Positions 46,468 to 56,077 of a DNA stretch of 64,000 nucleotides are shown one piece after another. Origin of the DNA: a virus (Duplodnaviria > Caudoviricetes). The position numbers were made by a program, and so were the translations under genes. The DNA is taken from the IMG/VR virus record IMGVR_UViG_3300028603_000032, positions 15,785 to 79,784 of that record, one strand, 5' to 3'. Within the stretch, counting starts at the first letter, position 1. The number at the start of each line of letters is the position of its first letter. The notes under the pieces were generated by a model. That model had not been told where the DNA came from. It worked only from the letters and a program-made list of their open reading frames with translations, and did no database searches.

Positions 46468-46911
46468 ATGTCCGCATCCGCGTGGAGTCGAGTCAAAAAC
46501 TGGTTCGTAGCTCCTTTCAACCCGCGCGTAGAGCAACGCGTTACCGGGCTGAGCCCGCGCGTGCGTGAGAAAAGCACCTGCGTAGAAGTCCCAGCGTCAA
46601 CGCAGGCCAGCGCGTTCCTCGAATGGTTACGGGAAGACCCCAGACGTACAGGGGACCAGCCACCGCGTTACCTGATGGTCTGTTACCGCGTGTTCTGCGA
46701 CCGCATGAACTGGCGTGTTTTGACGTGGCAACGCGTGGGCCACGAGCTGGCGTTGATAATTGGAGAGGGGTCGAAAGTGGTTTCGTGCGACGGGAGAAAG
46801 CAACGCATGTGGCACATTCCGAGACACGCACCGCCACGCGTAACTACTGCCGCGGCGGCCTCTCATCAACGCGTTCTAGGGCACATGGCAACGAGGGCGG
46901 AGGCGGCATGA
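46468..46911 (+). CDS. Hypothetical protein
   Basis: ORF in rightward early operon. Confidence 0.5.
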   Translation: MSASAWSRVKNWFVAPFNPRVEQRVTGLSPRVREKSTCVEVPASTQASAFLEWLREDPRRTGDQPPRYLMVCYRVFCDRMNWRVLTWQRVGHELALIIGEGSKVVSCDGRKQRMWHIPRHAPPRVTTAAAASHQRVLGHMATRAEAA

Positions 46912-47287
46912 GCCAGGAGCAACGATCAAAATGGCAATGCCTTCTATGGTCCTTCCAGCTCATTCCGCTGCGTGCGAGCGAGGACCAGATCATTCAAGTC
47001 GCGGAGTGGTTGCGTAGCTCGAAATGAGTTGAGCCCCGGTTTGCCGGCCGGGGCTCTGGGAAACGAGTGCCTGAGTAGGTGGGGGTTGTGTCGAGTCTGA
47101 CTGGTATCTCTGCCGGGAGATCCAGCCGCCGATCAAACGCTGACTGACGCGACTAACAAAGAGGTTTCACGCTCATGCTTGTACCCGAAACCGAGACCGC
47201 GCGCAAGAAAGATTTGCACGCTCCCTCAACTGATAATCCACAAGGAGTTCATCGCATTGGTGATCACGCCATCATTTTGGGGAGGGC

Positions 47288-47692
47288 GTGATGGGACTAC
47301 TCGACGATACGATATCCAGAAATTTTTCCGCGATGGAAATGGTAAGCCTGCTCCGTGATGTCCAGGGCAACAACCCGGATAGGCACCCGCTGGGCTTCGT
47401 GTGTTCGTTCGTGCCACCGGAAAGGCCGCCGCTGGACGAGGAGCAGGATGCACCCAACGGGAAGGATGTTGCGTGGGCAGTCTGGCAGAAGACCTACGGG
47501 TCGTGCTCCTACTGTGGTGAGCCTACCAATCCATTCAACAGAACGGCCGCGAATGGATTTCAAATCGACCACATGATCCCACGCGCTCATGGCGGGTCAG
47601 ATGACATCGACAATCTCGTGCCGTCTTGCAGGCGATGCAACAATTCTAAGCTAGCCCGAACGCCTGATCAGTGGGGGGGACGCCATGTCTAA
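47288..47692 (+). CDS. HNH endonuclease
   Basis: CSYCG...QIDHMIPRAHGGSDDIDNLVPSCRRCNNSK. Confidence 0.88.
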   Translation: MMGLLDDTISRNFSAMEMVSLLRDVQGNNPDRHPLGFVCSFVPPERPPLDEEQDAPNGKDVAWAVWQKTYGSCSYCGEPTNPFNRTAANGFQIDHMIPRAHGGSDDIDNLVPSCRRCNNSKLARTPDQWGGRHV

Positions 47693-48698
47693 CACGGCTC
47701 CTATCGGGCATAACGGCGGGCCTGAATTAGACGAGGAAGTCACCTTCCCAGATCGAGAAGGCTTCATCGCCGTTGCCCGCAGCATGCGCGATCACTGGCT
47801 GGTCGGGTTCGGGTCTGAGGGCCGCTTCTCGAAGGCCGAAGCCTGGCAGGACCTCATCATGGAATGCCGGTACGAGCCCGGCAAGATCATGAACGGCGGC
47901 AAGCCAATGCTTCTGAAGCCTGGGCAGCTCGTAGGGGCCGTTTCCTATCTGGCCAGCCGCTGGAACTGGACGCCAAAGGCCGTTCGGATCTTCCTCGATA
48001 AGCTCGAAGCAGAATGTATGATCACCCTCGATTACGGAACTTATGTTGATCCTGAGCACACTCCAAAACAGGGCACCAACTCGGGCAAACACAAGGGCAA
48101 ACAGGCCAAGGTACTAACAGTCTGTAAATACGACATTTATCAGCTTGGGTGGAGGGCGCAAGGGCAAATAAAAGGGCAATCAGAAGGGCAAATGAACGGC
48201 AAACAAGGGGCAAATGAAGGGCAACAATCTAAGAAAGGAAGAAAGGAAGAAGGGAACAAGGAAGAGGATATTCCGCCTAACGGCGGTGATGCCATTGAGG
48301 GAAATGACGATGCAACTCCTGAGCACGTTCAGGCCGAAGGCATCCAGGCTCTCGAAGCCTTCCGCGCCTACAACGACCTTGCCCAGCGGATCGGCTTGCC
48401 AACGGCCCGCACGCTTACGCCGCAGCGCCGGAAGAACCTTTGTGCCCGCCTTCGTGAGCACGGCGGCATGGATGCTTGGCAGACAGCCCTCGCCAACATC
48501 GAGCGATCAGCCTTCCTGCGCGGGAACAACAACCGCGGCTGGCGTGCCGATTTCGATTTTCTTGTGACCGCATCGAGGTTCGCCAAGGTCGTCGATGGCG
48601 TCTACGGCAACGGCGCGCACGCCGATGAGCCGAAGGAAAGCACTGCCGAACGGTTGTCTCGAATGCTCGGGGAAATGGATCTGGAGAAACGTACGTGA
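47685..48698 (+). CDS. Phage replication initiator protein
   Basis: N-terminal wHTH (AWQDLIM...GQLVGAVSYLASRWNW); C-terminal GWRADFDFL...VDGVY; iteron-like AAGGGCAA repeats inside the gene (~48100-48225). Confidence 0.75.
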   Translation: MSNTAPIGHNGGPELDEEVTFPDREGFIAVARSMRDHWLVGFGSEGRFSKAEAWQDLIMECRYEPGKIMNGGKPMLLKPGQLVGAVSYLASRWNWTPKAVRIFLDKLEAECMITLDYGTYVDPEHTPKQGTNSGKHKGKQAKVLTVCKYDIYQLGWRAQGQIKGQSEGQMNGKQGANEGQQSKKGRKEEGNKEEDIPPNGGDAIEGNDDATPEHVQAEGIQALEAFRAYNDLAQRIGLPTARTLTPQRRKNLCARLREHGGMDAWQTALANIERSAFLRGNNNRGWRADFDFLVTASRFAKVVDGVYGNGAHADEPKESTAERLSRMLGEMDLEKRT

Positions 48699-49276
48699 GC
48701 CAGCAGGAAGCCATCTCGAATTTCATCACGTCGCTGGCGCTGCATTTCACCGTCAAGCACGAGACTCCGGAGCACGAGAAAGCCTGGCTCCGGTCCATGG
48801 CGATCAACCTTAAATCATTCCCGGCCGCCGTGCTGAACGAAGCCGCCGACGAAATCATTCGGACCCGCAAGCACCGGAACTTCCCCCTGCCGGCCGAGTG
48901 CCGCGAGGTCTGCATTGCCATCGACAAGCGCGAGCGGGCCGAACTGCCGATCGAGGAAACGGTTCCGGAACGCCACCCGGAGTGGACGAAATGGCGGATC
49001 AGGAACGCCGACATGATGATCCAGTCAGGGTTGGGCCGCGAGGCCGCACAGTCGAACTGGATTCTACAACTCCACGATTTCATCCGCGTGAACCAGCGAC
49101 TGCCGAAGGACCATGAGATTACTCGCCTGAAGGAACAGGCCCGGCTTTTCGATGAAGCCTACGAGGAATGCGTGCGTGGCGGATGGGAGCAGGCGGCAAT
49201 GCTTGAGCGCCTTGGAGCGGCGATGCTGGCGAAGAGGGAGAAATTGATGGCAACGGCAATGGGAGAGACGCGATGA
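48695..49276 (+). CDS. Replication-associated protein (helicase-loader-like, uncertain)
   Basis: Follows the initiator; [11 protein letters not shown]. Confidence 0.5.
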   Translation: MSQQEAISNFITSLALHFTVKHETPEHEKAWLRSMAINLKSFPAAVLNEAADEIIRTRKHRNFPLPAECREVCIAIDKRERAELPIEETVPERHPEWTKWRIRNADMMIQSGLGREAAQSNWILQLHDFIRVNQRLPKDHEITRLKEQARLFDEAYEECVRGGWEQAAMLERLGAAMLAKREKLMATAMGETR

Positions 49277-49536
49277 CCGCCCAACGCGACGGCGGAGCCT
49301 TGTTCCGGAACGATCGGAAAGAGCGCGATACGCATCCTGACTACCGAGGCGACATCACCATCAACGGCCAGAAATACTGGCTCTCAGCCTGGATCAAGGA
49401 AGGCAAGCGGGGGAAGTTCATGAGCCTTGCCGTGAAGCCGGCCGAGGAAAAGCGAGAAGAGCCTCAGCAGCGCAATTCCTACGCCGACGCAAGGCAGAGG
49501 TATGCCAACCCTCTCGAAGATGAAGTGCCTTTCTGA
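49273..49536 (+). CDS. Small conserved phage protein (SSB-like acidic tail)
   Basis: GALFRN.RK...HPDYRG...WLSAWIKE...MSLAV; C-terminal DEVPF. Confidence 0.65.
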   Translation: MTAQRDGGALFRNDRKERDTHPDYRGDITINGQKYWLSAWIKEGKRGKFMSLAVKPAEEKREEPQQRNSYADARQRYANPLEDEVPF

Positions 49537-49997
49537 TGGACCTCTCAATGAAACCCATCCTCACCATCCTCATCGCCATTGGGATTGCCGGTTGCCAAAC
49601 CTCTACCCCGGCAAAAGCAGGTGACTGGCCTTTGAACCAGTACAACTCTAGGCCAACGGCAAGGCCCCATTACAAGCCGGTGAAGCGGTACAGGCCGAAG
49701 ACGAAGGTCATCTACCGGACGGTCACGAGAACCGTTGTCTCACCGGCAAGGTGTGCATCTTCGCTGACCCGTGAAGGTGATCAGTTCGCCACTGTGGCCG
49801 GGGCAAAGGACGAGGCCAACAAAGCCTGGATGCAGGCGGTGAGGTGGAAGCTGGGTGAGCAATTCATGGATATCGCCCACGCCGATAACGTCACCTACTC
49901 GTGTGGCAGGTCGAGCATTGGATCGGTGGCCGGCAATACGTTTCACCGCTGCGAGGTCACCGCAACTCCGTGCCGGGCTCCGAAGGTGGGGGAATGA
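49536..49997 (+). CDS. Putative lipoprotein
   Basis: ILTILIAIGIAGC lipobox-like. Confidence 0.5.
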   Translation: MDLSMKPILTILIAIGIAGCQTSTPAKAGDWPLNQYNSRPTARPHYKPVKRYRPKTKVIYRTVTRTVVSPARCASSLTREGDQFATVAGAKDEANKAWMQAVRWKLGEQFMDIAHADNVTYSCGRSSIGSVAGNTFHRCEVTATPCRAPKVGE

Positions 49998-50037
49998 TGC
50001 GCTATCTGTCGATCTGTTCCGGTATAGAGGCGGCTGA

Positions 50038-50253
50038 ATGACCGACTGGAAAACCAAATACGAAACCCTCCAGAAGACCCACGAGGATCTTCTTCGCAGG
50101 TTCAACCGGATGGAGCCGAAATACCGCTACGTCTCGCAGAGGCTGGTAGAGCTAGAAGATCAGATTTTCCATGGGAGAGTTTCTGAAAGGCCCGCCAGTC
50201 GCGCCAGGAAGGCCGCAGAGCGGTTTTTTGGTCTGGATGGGCATGTGGACTAG
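50038..50253 (+). CDS. Hypothetical coiled-coil protein
   Basis: RBS GAGG. Confidence 0.5.
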   Translation: MTDWKTKYETLQKTHEDLLRRFNRMEPKYRYVSQRLVELEDQIFHGRVSERPASRARKAAERFFGLDGHVD

Positions 50254-50369
50254 GGGAACCGTGTAAGGGGCCTCAGCGGGCTTCTGAGGGCTTCTGTGAA
50301 GTAGCCGGAAATCCCGGCGAGTTGAAGCCTGTGCTGCGTCCCTGAAACCAAACCGGAGAGGGACCAATT

Positions 50370-50591
50370 ATGCTGAGAATTGGCAAATTCGCGTTAGGTG
50401 TTGCGGTTATGTCATTGCCATTGGCGGGGATTTCCTCATTTTGCGCGCCCGCTGAAAGTCACAGTTGGTACAGCAGCGCCTGCTGCAGTGGATACGACTG
50501 CTCCCCGATCAAAAGCCTGCAGAGGCTTCCTGATGGATCGATGATCATCACGAAGAGGCCGATCTGTCTGTATCTGCCGGCGGAGATATGA
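50370..50591 (+). CDS. Small secreted Cys-rich protein
   Basis: Signal peptide followed by HSWYSSACCSGYDCSPI. Confidence 0.5.
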   Translation: MLRIGKFALGVAVMSLPLAGISSFCAPAESHSWYSSACCSGYDCSPIKSLQRLPDGSMIITKRPICLYLPAEI

Positions 50592-50594
50592 CCC

Positions 50595-51491
50595 ATGTGG
50601 AAACCTGATATCTGCATCTACCACGGGAACTGCGATGACGGCTTTGGTGCCGCTTGGGCAATCTGGCGGCGCTGGCCGGATGTGGAGTTCGTGCCCGGTG
50701 TTTACGGAAAGCCTCTTCCGGACGTGACCGGAAAGCATGTGCTGTTCGTGGATTTCTCGGCCAAGAGGCCGGAGATCGATGCCATGGCGCAGGTCGCGAA
50801 GTCTATCGTCGTCATCGACCACCACAAAACAGCAGAGGCCGATCTGGAGCCGTTTGCTGTGACGCTCTGCGGCAGTGCGCGCCTTTCTCCGGAGGACATC
50901 GGTTCTATGTTTGAGGACCGGGCTGAGTTGGGCATGCCGCCTGTCATCGCTTGGTTCGATATGGCGCAGTCAGGTGCCGTCATGGCGTATGAATTTGCTC
51001 ATGGCGTTGAACATGTCCCGCCCCCGACAATGCTGGCGTACATTCAGGATCGTGATCTCTGGCGCTTCGCTCTCGGAGATCGCACAAAACAATTCTCCGC
51101 TGCTCTCCGCACCTATCCGATGGATTTCGAGACCTGGGACCGAATCGCAGAAAACCCGGAACGATTGGTTGAGGAGGGCAAGATCGTTCTTCGCGCGCAC
51201 CTGGCCAACATCGCGAAATTCGTGGCCGATGCCTACGAGGACGATGTGGCTGGGCACATCGTGCCTGTTGTCAATGTGCCCTACCACTACGCCAGCGACA
51301 CAGCCCACGCGCTTCTGGCGAACTATCCAAAGGCTCCATTCACGGCGTGCTGGTTCCGGCGTGGCGACGGGATGATCCAGTGGTCGCTTCGATCAGAGGA
51401 CCACCGCCTCGACGTTTCAGAGATCGCCAAGCAACTAGGTGGTGGTGGGCATCGTAATGCTGCTGGTTTTCAATATCCAGCGGGCGACTGA
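50595..51491 (+). CDS. DHH/DHHA1 phosphoesterase
   Basis: YHGNCDDG, FVDFS, IDHHKT, IQDRDLW, WSLRS, GGGGHRNAAGF. Confidence 0.88.
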   Translation: MWKPDICIYHGNCDDGFGAAWAIWRRWPDVEFVPGVYGKPLPDVTGKHVLFVDFSAKRPEIDAMAQVAKSIVVIDHHKTAEADLEPFAVTLCGSARLSPEDIGSMFEDRAELGMPPVIAWFDMAQSGAVMAYEFAHGVEHVPPPTMLAYIQDRDLWRFALGDRTKQFSAALRTYPMDFETWDRIAENPERLVEEGKIVLRAHLANIAKFVADAYEDDVAGHIVPVVNVPYHYASDTAHALLANYPKAPFTACWFRRGDGMIQWSLRSEDHRLDVSEIAKQLGGGGHRNAAGFQYPAGD

Positions 51492-51493
51492 GT

Positions 51494-51739
51494 ATGACCA
51501 TTCCCCGTGAAACATCGCTGGCTTTTCACCGCGAGTCCGCTGAGCGCGAGGCGCGATTACTGGCTGATCTCGAACGTGTATTCGGCACCATAGAAGCAAA
51601 CCGCCAGCATTACGATGCAATGCAGGACAGAGCATTCGACGAGCTGGTTCAGGTGCTGGAACGGCGGCGCCCTACGGATGACGAGATAGCCGAAGGCGTC
51701 AATGCTCTGAAGCAGCGGTTCGAGAGAGGGGGGTGGTGA
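51494..51739 (+). CDS. Hypothetical protein
   Basis: ORF in operon. Confidence 0.5.
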   Translation: MTIPRETSLAFHRESAEREARLLADLERVFGTIEANRQHYDAMQDRAFDELVQVLERRRPTDDEIAEGVNALKQRFERGGW

Positions 51740-51978
51740 TGACGGAACGTGAAAAGATAACGGTCTGGATTAGCAAGTACGCGCTCAGCGCTGGAATAGA
51801 GCATAAGGTCGTCGAGGATTGCGGCGGTGACATGGTTAAGGACCGCTGGTCCTACTTCCACAAAGGGCAATGGCATCACGATCGTGCCGATGCGGTGGCA
51901 AAGGCAGAGAAGATGCGACAGCGAAGGATATCTTCTCTCAAGAAGCAGATCTCGAAGTTGGAAGCGATGAAGTTCTAG
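51733..51978 (+). CDS. Conserved hypothetical phage protein
   Basis: VWISKYALSAGI...WH...ADAVAKAEKMRQRRISSLKKQISKLE. Confidence 0.65.
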   Translation: MVMTEREKITVWISKYALSAGIEHKVVEDCGGDMVKDRWSYFHKGQWHHDRADAVAKAEKMRQRRISSLKKQISKLEAMKF

Positions 51979-52182
51979 TGGGTCGTCGACAGCATGAAAT
52001 CACCGATGCTCTGAACCGGCAGTTCGGGAATGGGGAATATTGATGCCAGACTATTACGACGCCACCAGCTACGGCCTGCGGGCAAGGCTCTGGATGTTCG
52101 TCGAGCTTCAGAAGTGGTCATGGGTGGCCCTGTTTCGGCGTCGTAAGGTGAATATCAAATTGGCCGTTAGGCAAGGGGAATA

Positions 52183-52503
52183 TTGATGGGCAGGGAGCGT
52201 CTTCCAGATCGCCGCGGCGGCGAGACCATCAAGTTCCGATGCTGGAACATGTCCTTCCACGCGACCCTCGGGCACTACCCCGAGGGAAGGCTCGGCGAGG
52301 TGTTCCTGTCTGCCGGCAAGCTGACCCTCGATGCCGACATCATCGCCAAGGAGGCGGCCATCATTCTCTCGTTCGCCCTGCAATACGGGGCCTCGGTAGA
52401 GGAAATCAGATCGGCCATGCCGCGGCAGTCGGACGGAGCAGCCCAAGGCCCGATGGGCACGCTCATGGATTTGATCGTCAGCGATGAACCGGGGAGCATG
52501 TGA
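52183..52503 (+). CDS. Stand-alone TSCPD-like domain (class II RNR C-terminal-like)
   Basis: RERLPDRR...GRLGEVFL..GK...AIILSFALQYG. Confidence 0.6.
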   Translation: MMGRERLPDRRGGETIKFRCWNMSFHATLGHYPEGRLGEVFLSAGKLTLDADIIAKEAAIILSFALQYGASVEEIRSAMPRQSDGAAQGPMGTLMDLIVSDEPGSM

Positions 52504-52592
52504 AATTACCCCGCTACCACCGGGGAGGTGGAGCGGCCCTCAGTATAGTGGCGTCACCGCGTAAGCACATCAATAGAGACTAGGGATTAGTC

Positions 52593-53879
52593 ATGACTCT
52601 CAAAACACTCACTGCTGCGTCGGTGGCAGCGATGCTGATGGCATCGCCTGCACTGGCGGCTGATATGAATGGCGTAGGCGGAAATTGCTGCGCCGACCTA
52701 GAGGAAAGGGTTGCTGAGCTTGAGGCTACGGCGGCTCGTAAGGACAATCGGAAGGTTAGCCTGACCGTTTACGGACAGGTCAACTATGGTATCTTGTCAG
52801 TGGATGTCGATCCTCCATTCGAGGGAGCAAAGGGCTTTAGCGAAACCACCATCACAGGGAATAGCAACAGCCAGAGCCGATTTGGCTTCAAGGGGGACGC
52901 GACTATCACCCCTGACTGGTCGGCTGGTTTCTTGATGGAGATCGGTGTTGGCGAGACAGAGCCGATGTTCACCGAGGGCGTCGGTCCTGATGGCATCCTA
53001 GGTGATGGTCTCGTTATCCGCCACTCGGCCCTCTACCTAAAGCATAACCAACTTGGAACCGTATGGCTCGGCAAAACCTCGTCTGCAACGGATGGTATCG
53101 CTGAGATCGCCATCGCCAACACAGCCGTAGCGAGCACCTTGCTCAGCCTTGAACCAGTGTCTGGCGCTTGGCTCGGTGGCATCAACCTTCCATTCGACGG
53201 CGGGCGCACTGAGGTCGTGAAGTGGGTATCTCCCACGGTTGGCGGCTTCACTGCATCTGCCGCTTGGATGGGGAACGATGATGAAGCCTGGGACGCTGCG
53301 CTGAGGTATGCGGGTGAGCTCGGCGGGTTCCAGTTCGCGGCTGGTGTCGGGTATCGGAAGGAAACGAGTCCGTTCTCGACGTGGCTGAATTGGAAAGAGA
53401 TGAGTGATGAGGTCGAAACCATCACTGGCTCCGCGTCCGTCAAGCATGTGGCATCTGGTCTGTTCGTTAATGCCGCCGCCGGCAAGGTGGATGGCATGGC
53501 GGGCAATGGGGTGTTGTTCTCTAGCTGGTTCTTCGGCGATGTTCCCTTCCATTTCGTCGACCCAAAAGCGCTCCATGTGCAGGCAGGCGTAGAACAGAAC
53601 TTCTTTGGCTTCGGCAACACAACACTCTTCGGAGAATGGGCTAGGGCTGAAAGCAGGGTGGTCGATAGCTTTTGGTGCCCTGATCCTGACGAGTATTCGA
53701 AGGGTGAGTTGGATTTTTGGGGCCTCGGCGTGGTCCAGGCGATTGATGCCGCCGCCATGGATCTGTACGTCAGCTATCGCAAGTACGACCTTTCGGAGAA
53801 AAGTGGCAGCGGCGATGAGATCGAGAGCAGCAGCACAGACGCAAGCGCAATCGTGGCTGGTGCAATCATAAGGTTCTAG
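52593..53879 (+). CDS. Outer-membrane porin (alphaproteobacterial, Hyphomicrobium-type)
   Basis: Signal peptide; CCADLEERVAELEATAARKDNRKVSLTVYGQVN; SRFGFKG; alternating beta strands; terminal Phe (GAIIRF). Confidence 0.88.
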   Translation: MTLKTLTAASVAAMLMASPALAADMNGVGGNCCADLEERVAELEATAARKDNRKVSLTVYGQVNYGILSVDVDPPFEGAKGFSETTITGNSNSQSRFGFKGDATITPDWSAGFLMEIGVGETEPMFTEGVGPDGILGDGLVIRHSALYLKHNQLGTVWLGKTSSATDGIAEIAIANTAVASTLLSLEPVSGAWLGGINLPFDGGRTEVVKWVSPTVGGFTASAAWMGNDDEAWDAALRYAGELGGFQFAAGVGYRKETSPFSTWLNWKEMSDEVETITGSASVKHVASGLFVNAAAGKVDGMAGNGVLFSSWFFGDVPFHFVDPKALHVQAGVEQNFFGFGNTTLFGEWARAESRVVDSFWCPDPDEYSKGELDFWGLGVVQAIDAAAMDLYVSYRKYDLSEKSGSGDEIESSSTDASAIVAGAIIRF

Positions 53880-53886
53880 CAGTTAT

Positions 53887-54034
53887 GGGCGGGCGGCGTG
53901 GAAAGCAGACACGCAACTATCAGGCCGTGATGCCGCTAGCTCAAGATTAGAGCTTGCCGGTTGATACGCGTGAAATTCGCGAGGCTGCGGGGATAGAACC
54001 GGATAGCCGGAGTAGCGCCCGGCCCCGCCCACCA
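53887..54034 (+). ncRNA. tRNA-like structured RNA (148 nt) with acceptor stem and encoded CCA
   Basis: GGGCGGG pairs with CCCGCCC-A-CCA; D-like arm GCGTG/CACGC; T-like arm GCCGG/CCGGC; ~90-nt multi-hairpin insert in place of the anticodon arm. Confidence 0.6.
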
Positions 54035-54269
54035 GAGTTATCAGTTTATAGCGCGTTCCAGCTATAAACCCAGCCGATAGCCGCTTATCGGCACAGACAT
54101 AGCCCGGTCTGAACCCTGAGCAAGTTCGGATCGGGCTGAACTTAAAGGAAAAGTCCTCAACCTTTAGATCCTCACAGGGGAATTAAAGATTGGGGATGAA
54201 GATTTGGTTCAAGCAACCGGACTGCCGCCAGCAGGCGCTGGTGCGGTCAACGCAATGGAGCGCCGAGGG

Positions 54270-54587
54270 ATGACAAACAAGGACTTCGACTATCGGGATG
54301 CCATCAAGGCCCTAAACTGCGAGATGAGCGAGATTCTGCCTGCTCTCCATCACCGCATCGCTGAGGAGATTGCGACGTGGTACCGCGAGGACGACGGCAT
54401 AAAGTCACCTCTTGGTTATACGTTCGAGGATCTAAACAAGTTTTCAAATTGCGGTGCCGATTACGAAGAACTCCAGTATGCGTTGCTCGGCGCAGGGATG
54501 GAGGTTGATCGGCTGCTGGAGGAAATTGAACGATTGCGCGGGAACGTTGACCGCACCGACGACAGCCCGAACTCAACGTCAGCATGA
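54270..54587 (+). CDS. Hypothetical protein
   Basis: RBS GAGGG. Confidence 0.55.
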   Translation: MTNKDFDYRDAIKALNCEMSEILPALHHRIAEEIATWYREDDGIKSPLGYTFEDLNKFSNCGADYEELQYALLGAGMEVDRLLEEIERLRGNVDRTDDSPNSTSA

Positions 54588-54593
54588 ACCAAT

Positions 54594-54776
54594 ATGTCCC
54601 ACACTCCTGATCACCGTGAAGACATCAGATCAGCCATAAGGGCATGGATTCGAGATGATGTTCGCTTTGCAGGCAAACTGGCGATCCTCCCATATGAGAA
54701 CCAATTGCTTGAAAAGCTGGTGAAGGTCGTAGAGCAGGCAAAGCAGGCGACTAATGATGGAAATAGACGCGATTAA
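54594..54776 (+). CDS. Hypothetical protein
   Basis: ORF in operon. Confidence 0.45.
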   Translation: MSHTPDHREDIRSAIRAWIRDDVRFAGKLAILPYENQLLEKLVKVVEQAKQATNDGNRRD

Positions 54777-55215
54777 CTCAGGTCTGATCGCCATCACCAA
54801 GGCTATCTACAGGATCGACAAATCTCGATTAAGCTATGGCTTGCTGGGTGGATTGTACGATTACGGCGCAGATTGGGATAACGACGTGTTCATGATGCAC
54901 CCTGCCTGCGGATGTGAATCTACCGCCTGCCCTTGGTGCGCCGAGTGCCACTGCACGGATGATTTTGATTGCCCGAGTTGTTCGCCATCGCACCGCTGGC
55001 CGGAGAAAGGCGCTCTACCCGCGCGTGAGCCGTTCGAGCTGAGCTCGGAGTGGGGGCGCGCTCCTAATTTCTGGCACAAGCCTTCGGGTATGCGGGTGTG
55101 GTGGCACAAGTCGATCGGCAGAGGAATGGAAGTCAGGAGCGCAGATGGCGCTGGTCTGAACGACGTGTTTGCAGAGTGTCTCGCATCACTGAAGCAGGAC
55201 GGCAAGAAATCCTGA
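54754..55215 (+). CDS. Hypothetical Cys-rich protein
   Basis: CGCES..CPWC..CHC...CPSC; PNFWHKPSG. Confidence 0.55.
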   Translation: MMEIDAINSGLIAITKAIYRIDKSRLSYGLLGGLYDYGADWDNDVFMMHPACGCESTACPWCAECHCTDDFDCPSCSPSHRWPEKGALPAREPFELSSEWGRAPNFWHKPSGMRVWWHKSIGRGMEVRSADGAGLNDVFAECLASLKQDGKKS

Positions 55216-55875
55216 ATGTCCACTCCCCTCCAAAAGCAGCGCCAGCGAGAAGCCGCCGAGCTAGAGAAGGCCGCCAGGAAGAAGGGCAAGCGCCTTCCCG
55301 GCCCTCCGCCTCCTGATCTGGACGTGAGGCTCGCTCAGGTGGCTCGTCTCGTGGCTCCCATTCTTCACGCCAATGCGTCGATCCGGGGTCCAAACGCCCC
55401 GACAGATCCCGTTGTTGAAACACATCGGTTCGTATCTATCGTCGATCTTATGGCGACGAACAAGTTGGTCCCCGCCGAGCTCGCAGCGGCAGCCGACAAG
55501 TTCAAGGAACTCTACCTGAAATCTATCGGCCCCAGCAGGGGGGTTGCCGGTTATGGCGAGTTCTTTCAGGCATCTCCTGCGTCACAGAGAATGCCGACAA
55601 ACCAGAGCATGATGGACGCCTCGAAGGAGTTTGCGGCAGCGATTAAGGCGACATGCTGGGTAGAGACGAATGAAGGGAAATGGGTTCCTGATAAGGAGCT
55701 AATGCGGGCCGTCCTGCCGGCAGTCCTCTTTGATACGAAGGGGATGTCTCAAGCGGACATCGGGAGATTGAGAACTCGTTACACGGGACGCGCGCAAGTT
55801 GGGGCGGCAGGGGGCACTGTTCTTATCGAATGGCTGACCCGATTGTGTTTCCATTTCCAATATCGGTGTGATTAA
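55216..55875 (+). CDS. Hypothetical protein (possible late transcription regulator)
   Basis: Position at end of early operon; C-terminal HTH-like segment; function not recognised. Confidence 0.5.
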   Translation: MSTPLQKQRQREAAELEKAARKKGKRLPGPPPPDLDVRLAQVARLVAPILHANASIRGPNAPTDPVVETHRFVSIVDLMATNKLVPAELAAAADKFKELYLKSIGPSRGVAGYGEFFQASPASQRMPTNQSMMDASKEFAAAIKATCWVETNEGKWVPDKELMRAVLPAVLFDTKGMSQADIGRLRTRYTGRAQVGAAGGTVLIEWLTRLCFHFQYRCD

Positions 55876-55905
55876 GTTTTGCGCGTGCAATTGGCACTCT
55901 AGGAG

Positions 55906-55934
55906 TTGAGAAAAAGAATTGGTTTGTGTATATT
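55906..55934 (+). promoter_or_regulatory. sigma70 promoter for array/RAMP locus
   Basis: TTGAGA(55906)-17 bp-TATATT(55929); predicted +1 about 55941, at the first array unit. Confidence 0.75.
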
Positions 55935-55939
55935 GGAAT

Positions 55940-56064
55940 TGCGTCGCTCCGTAGCGCAGTTACTCGCGCAGCTTCGCGCCGCAGTGCTTCGCTCCGCAGC
56001 GTGCCGCCACGCATTGCTTCGCTCCGCGCCGCAACGCTTCGCACCGCATCGCAACTTAGCGCAA
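55940..56064 (+). repeat. Pentamer array 1, (CGC-NN)x25; candidate guide RNA
   Basis: Unbroken 5-nt phase; 17 of 25 units begin with CGC, most others TGC/CGT. Confidence 0.85.
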
Positions 56065-56077
56065 CGAGGATTATTCG

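Noticed and set aside
53887-54034. Canonical tRNA, group I intron-containing tRNA, or tmRNA
   Set aside because: No standard anticodon arm or TTC T-loop; insert too short for a group I intron; no recognisable tag reading frame
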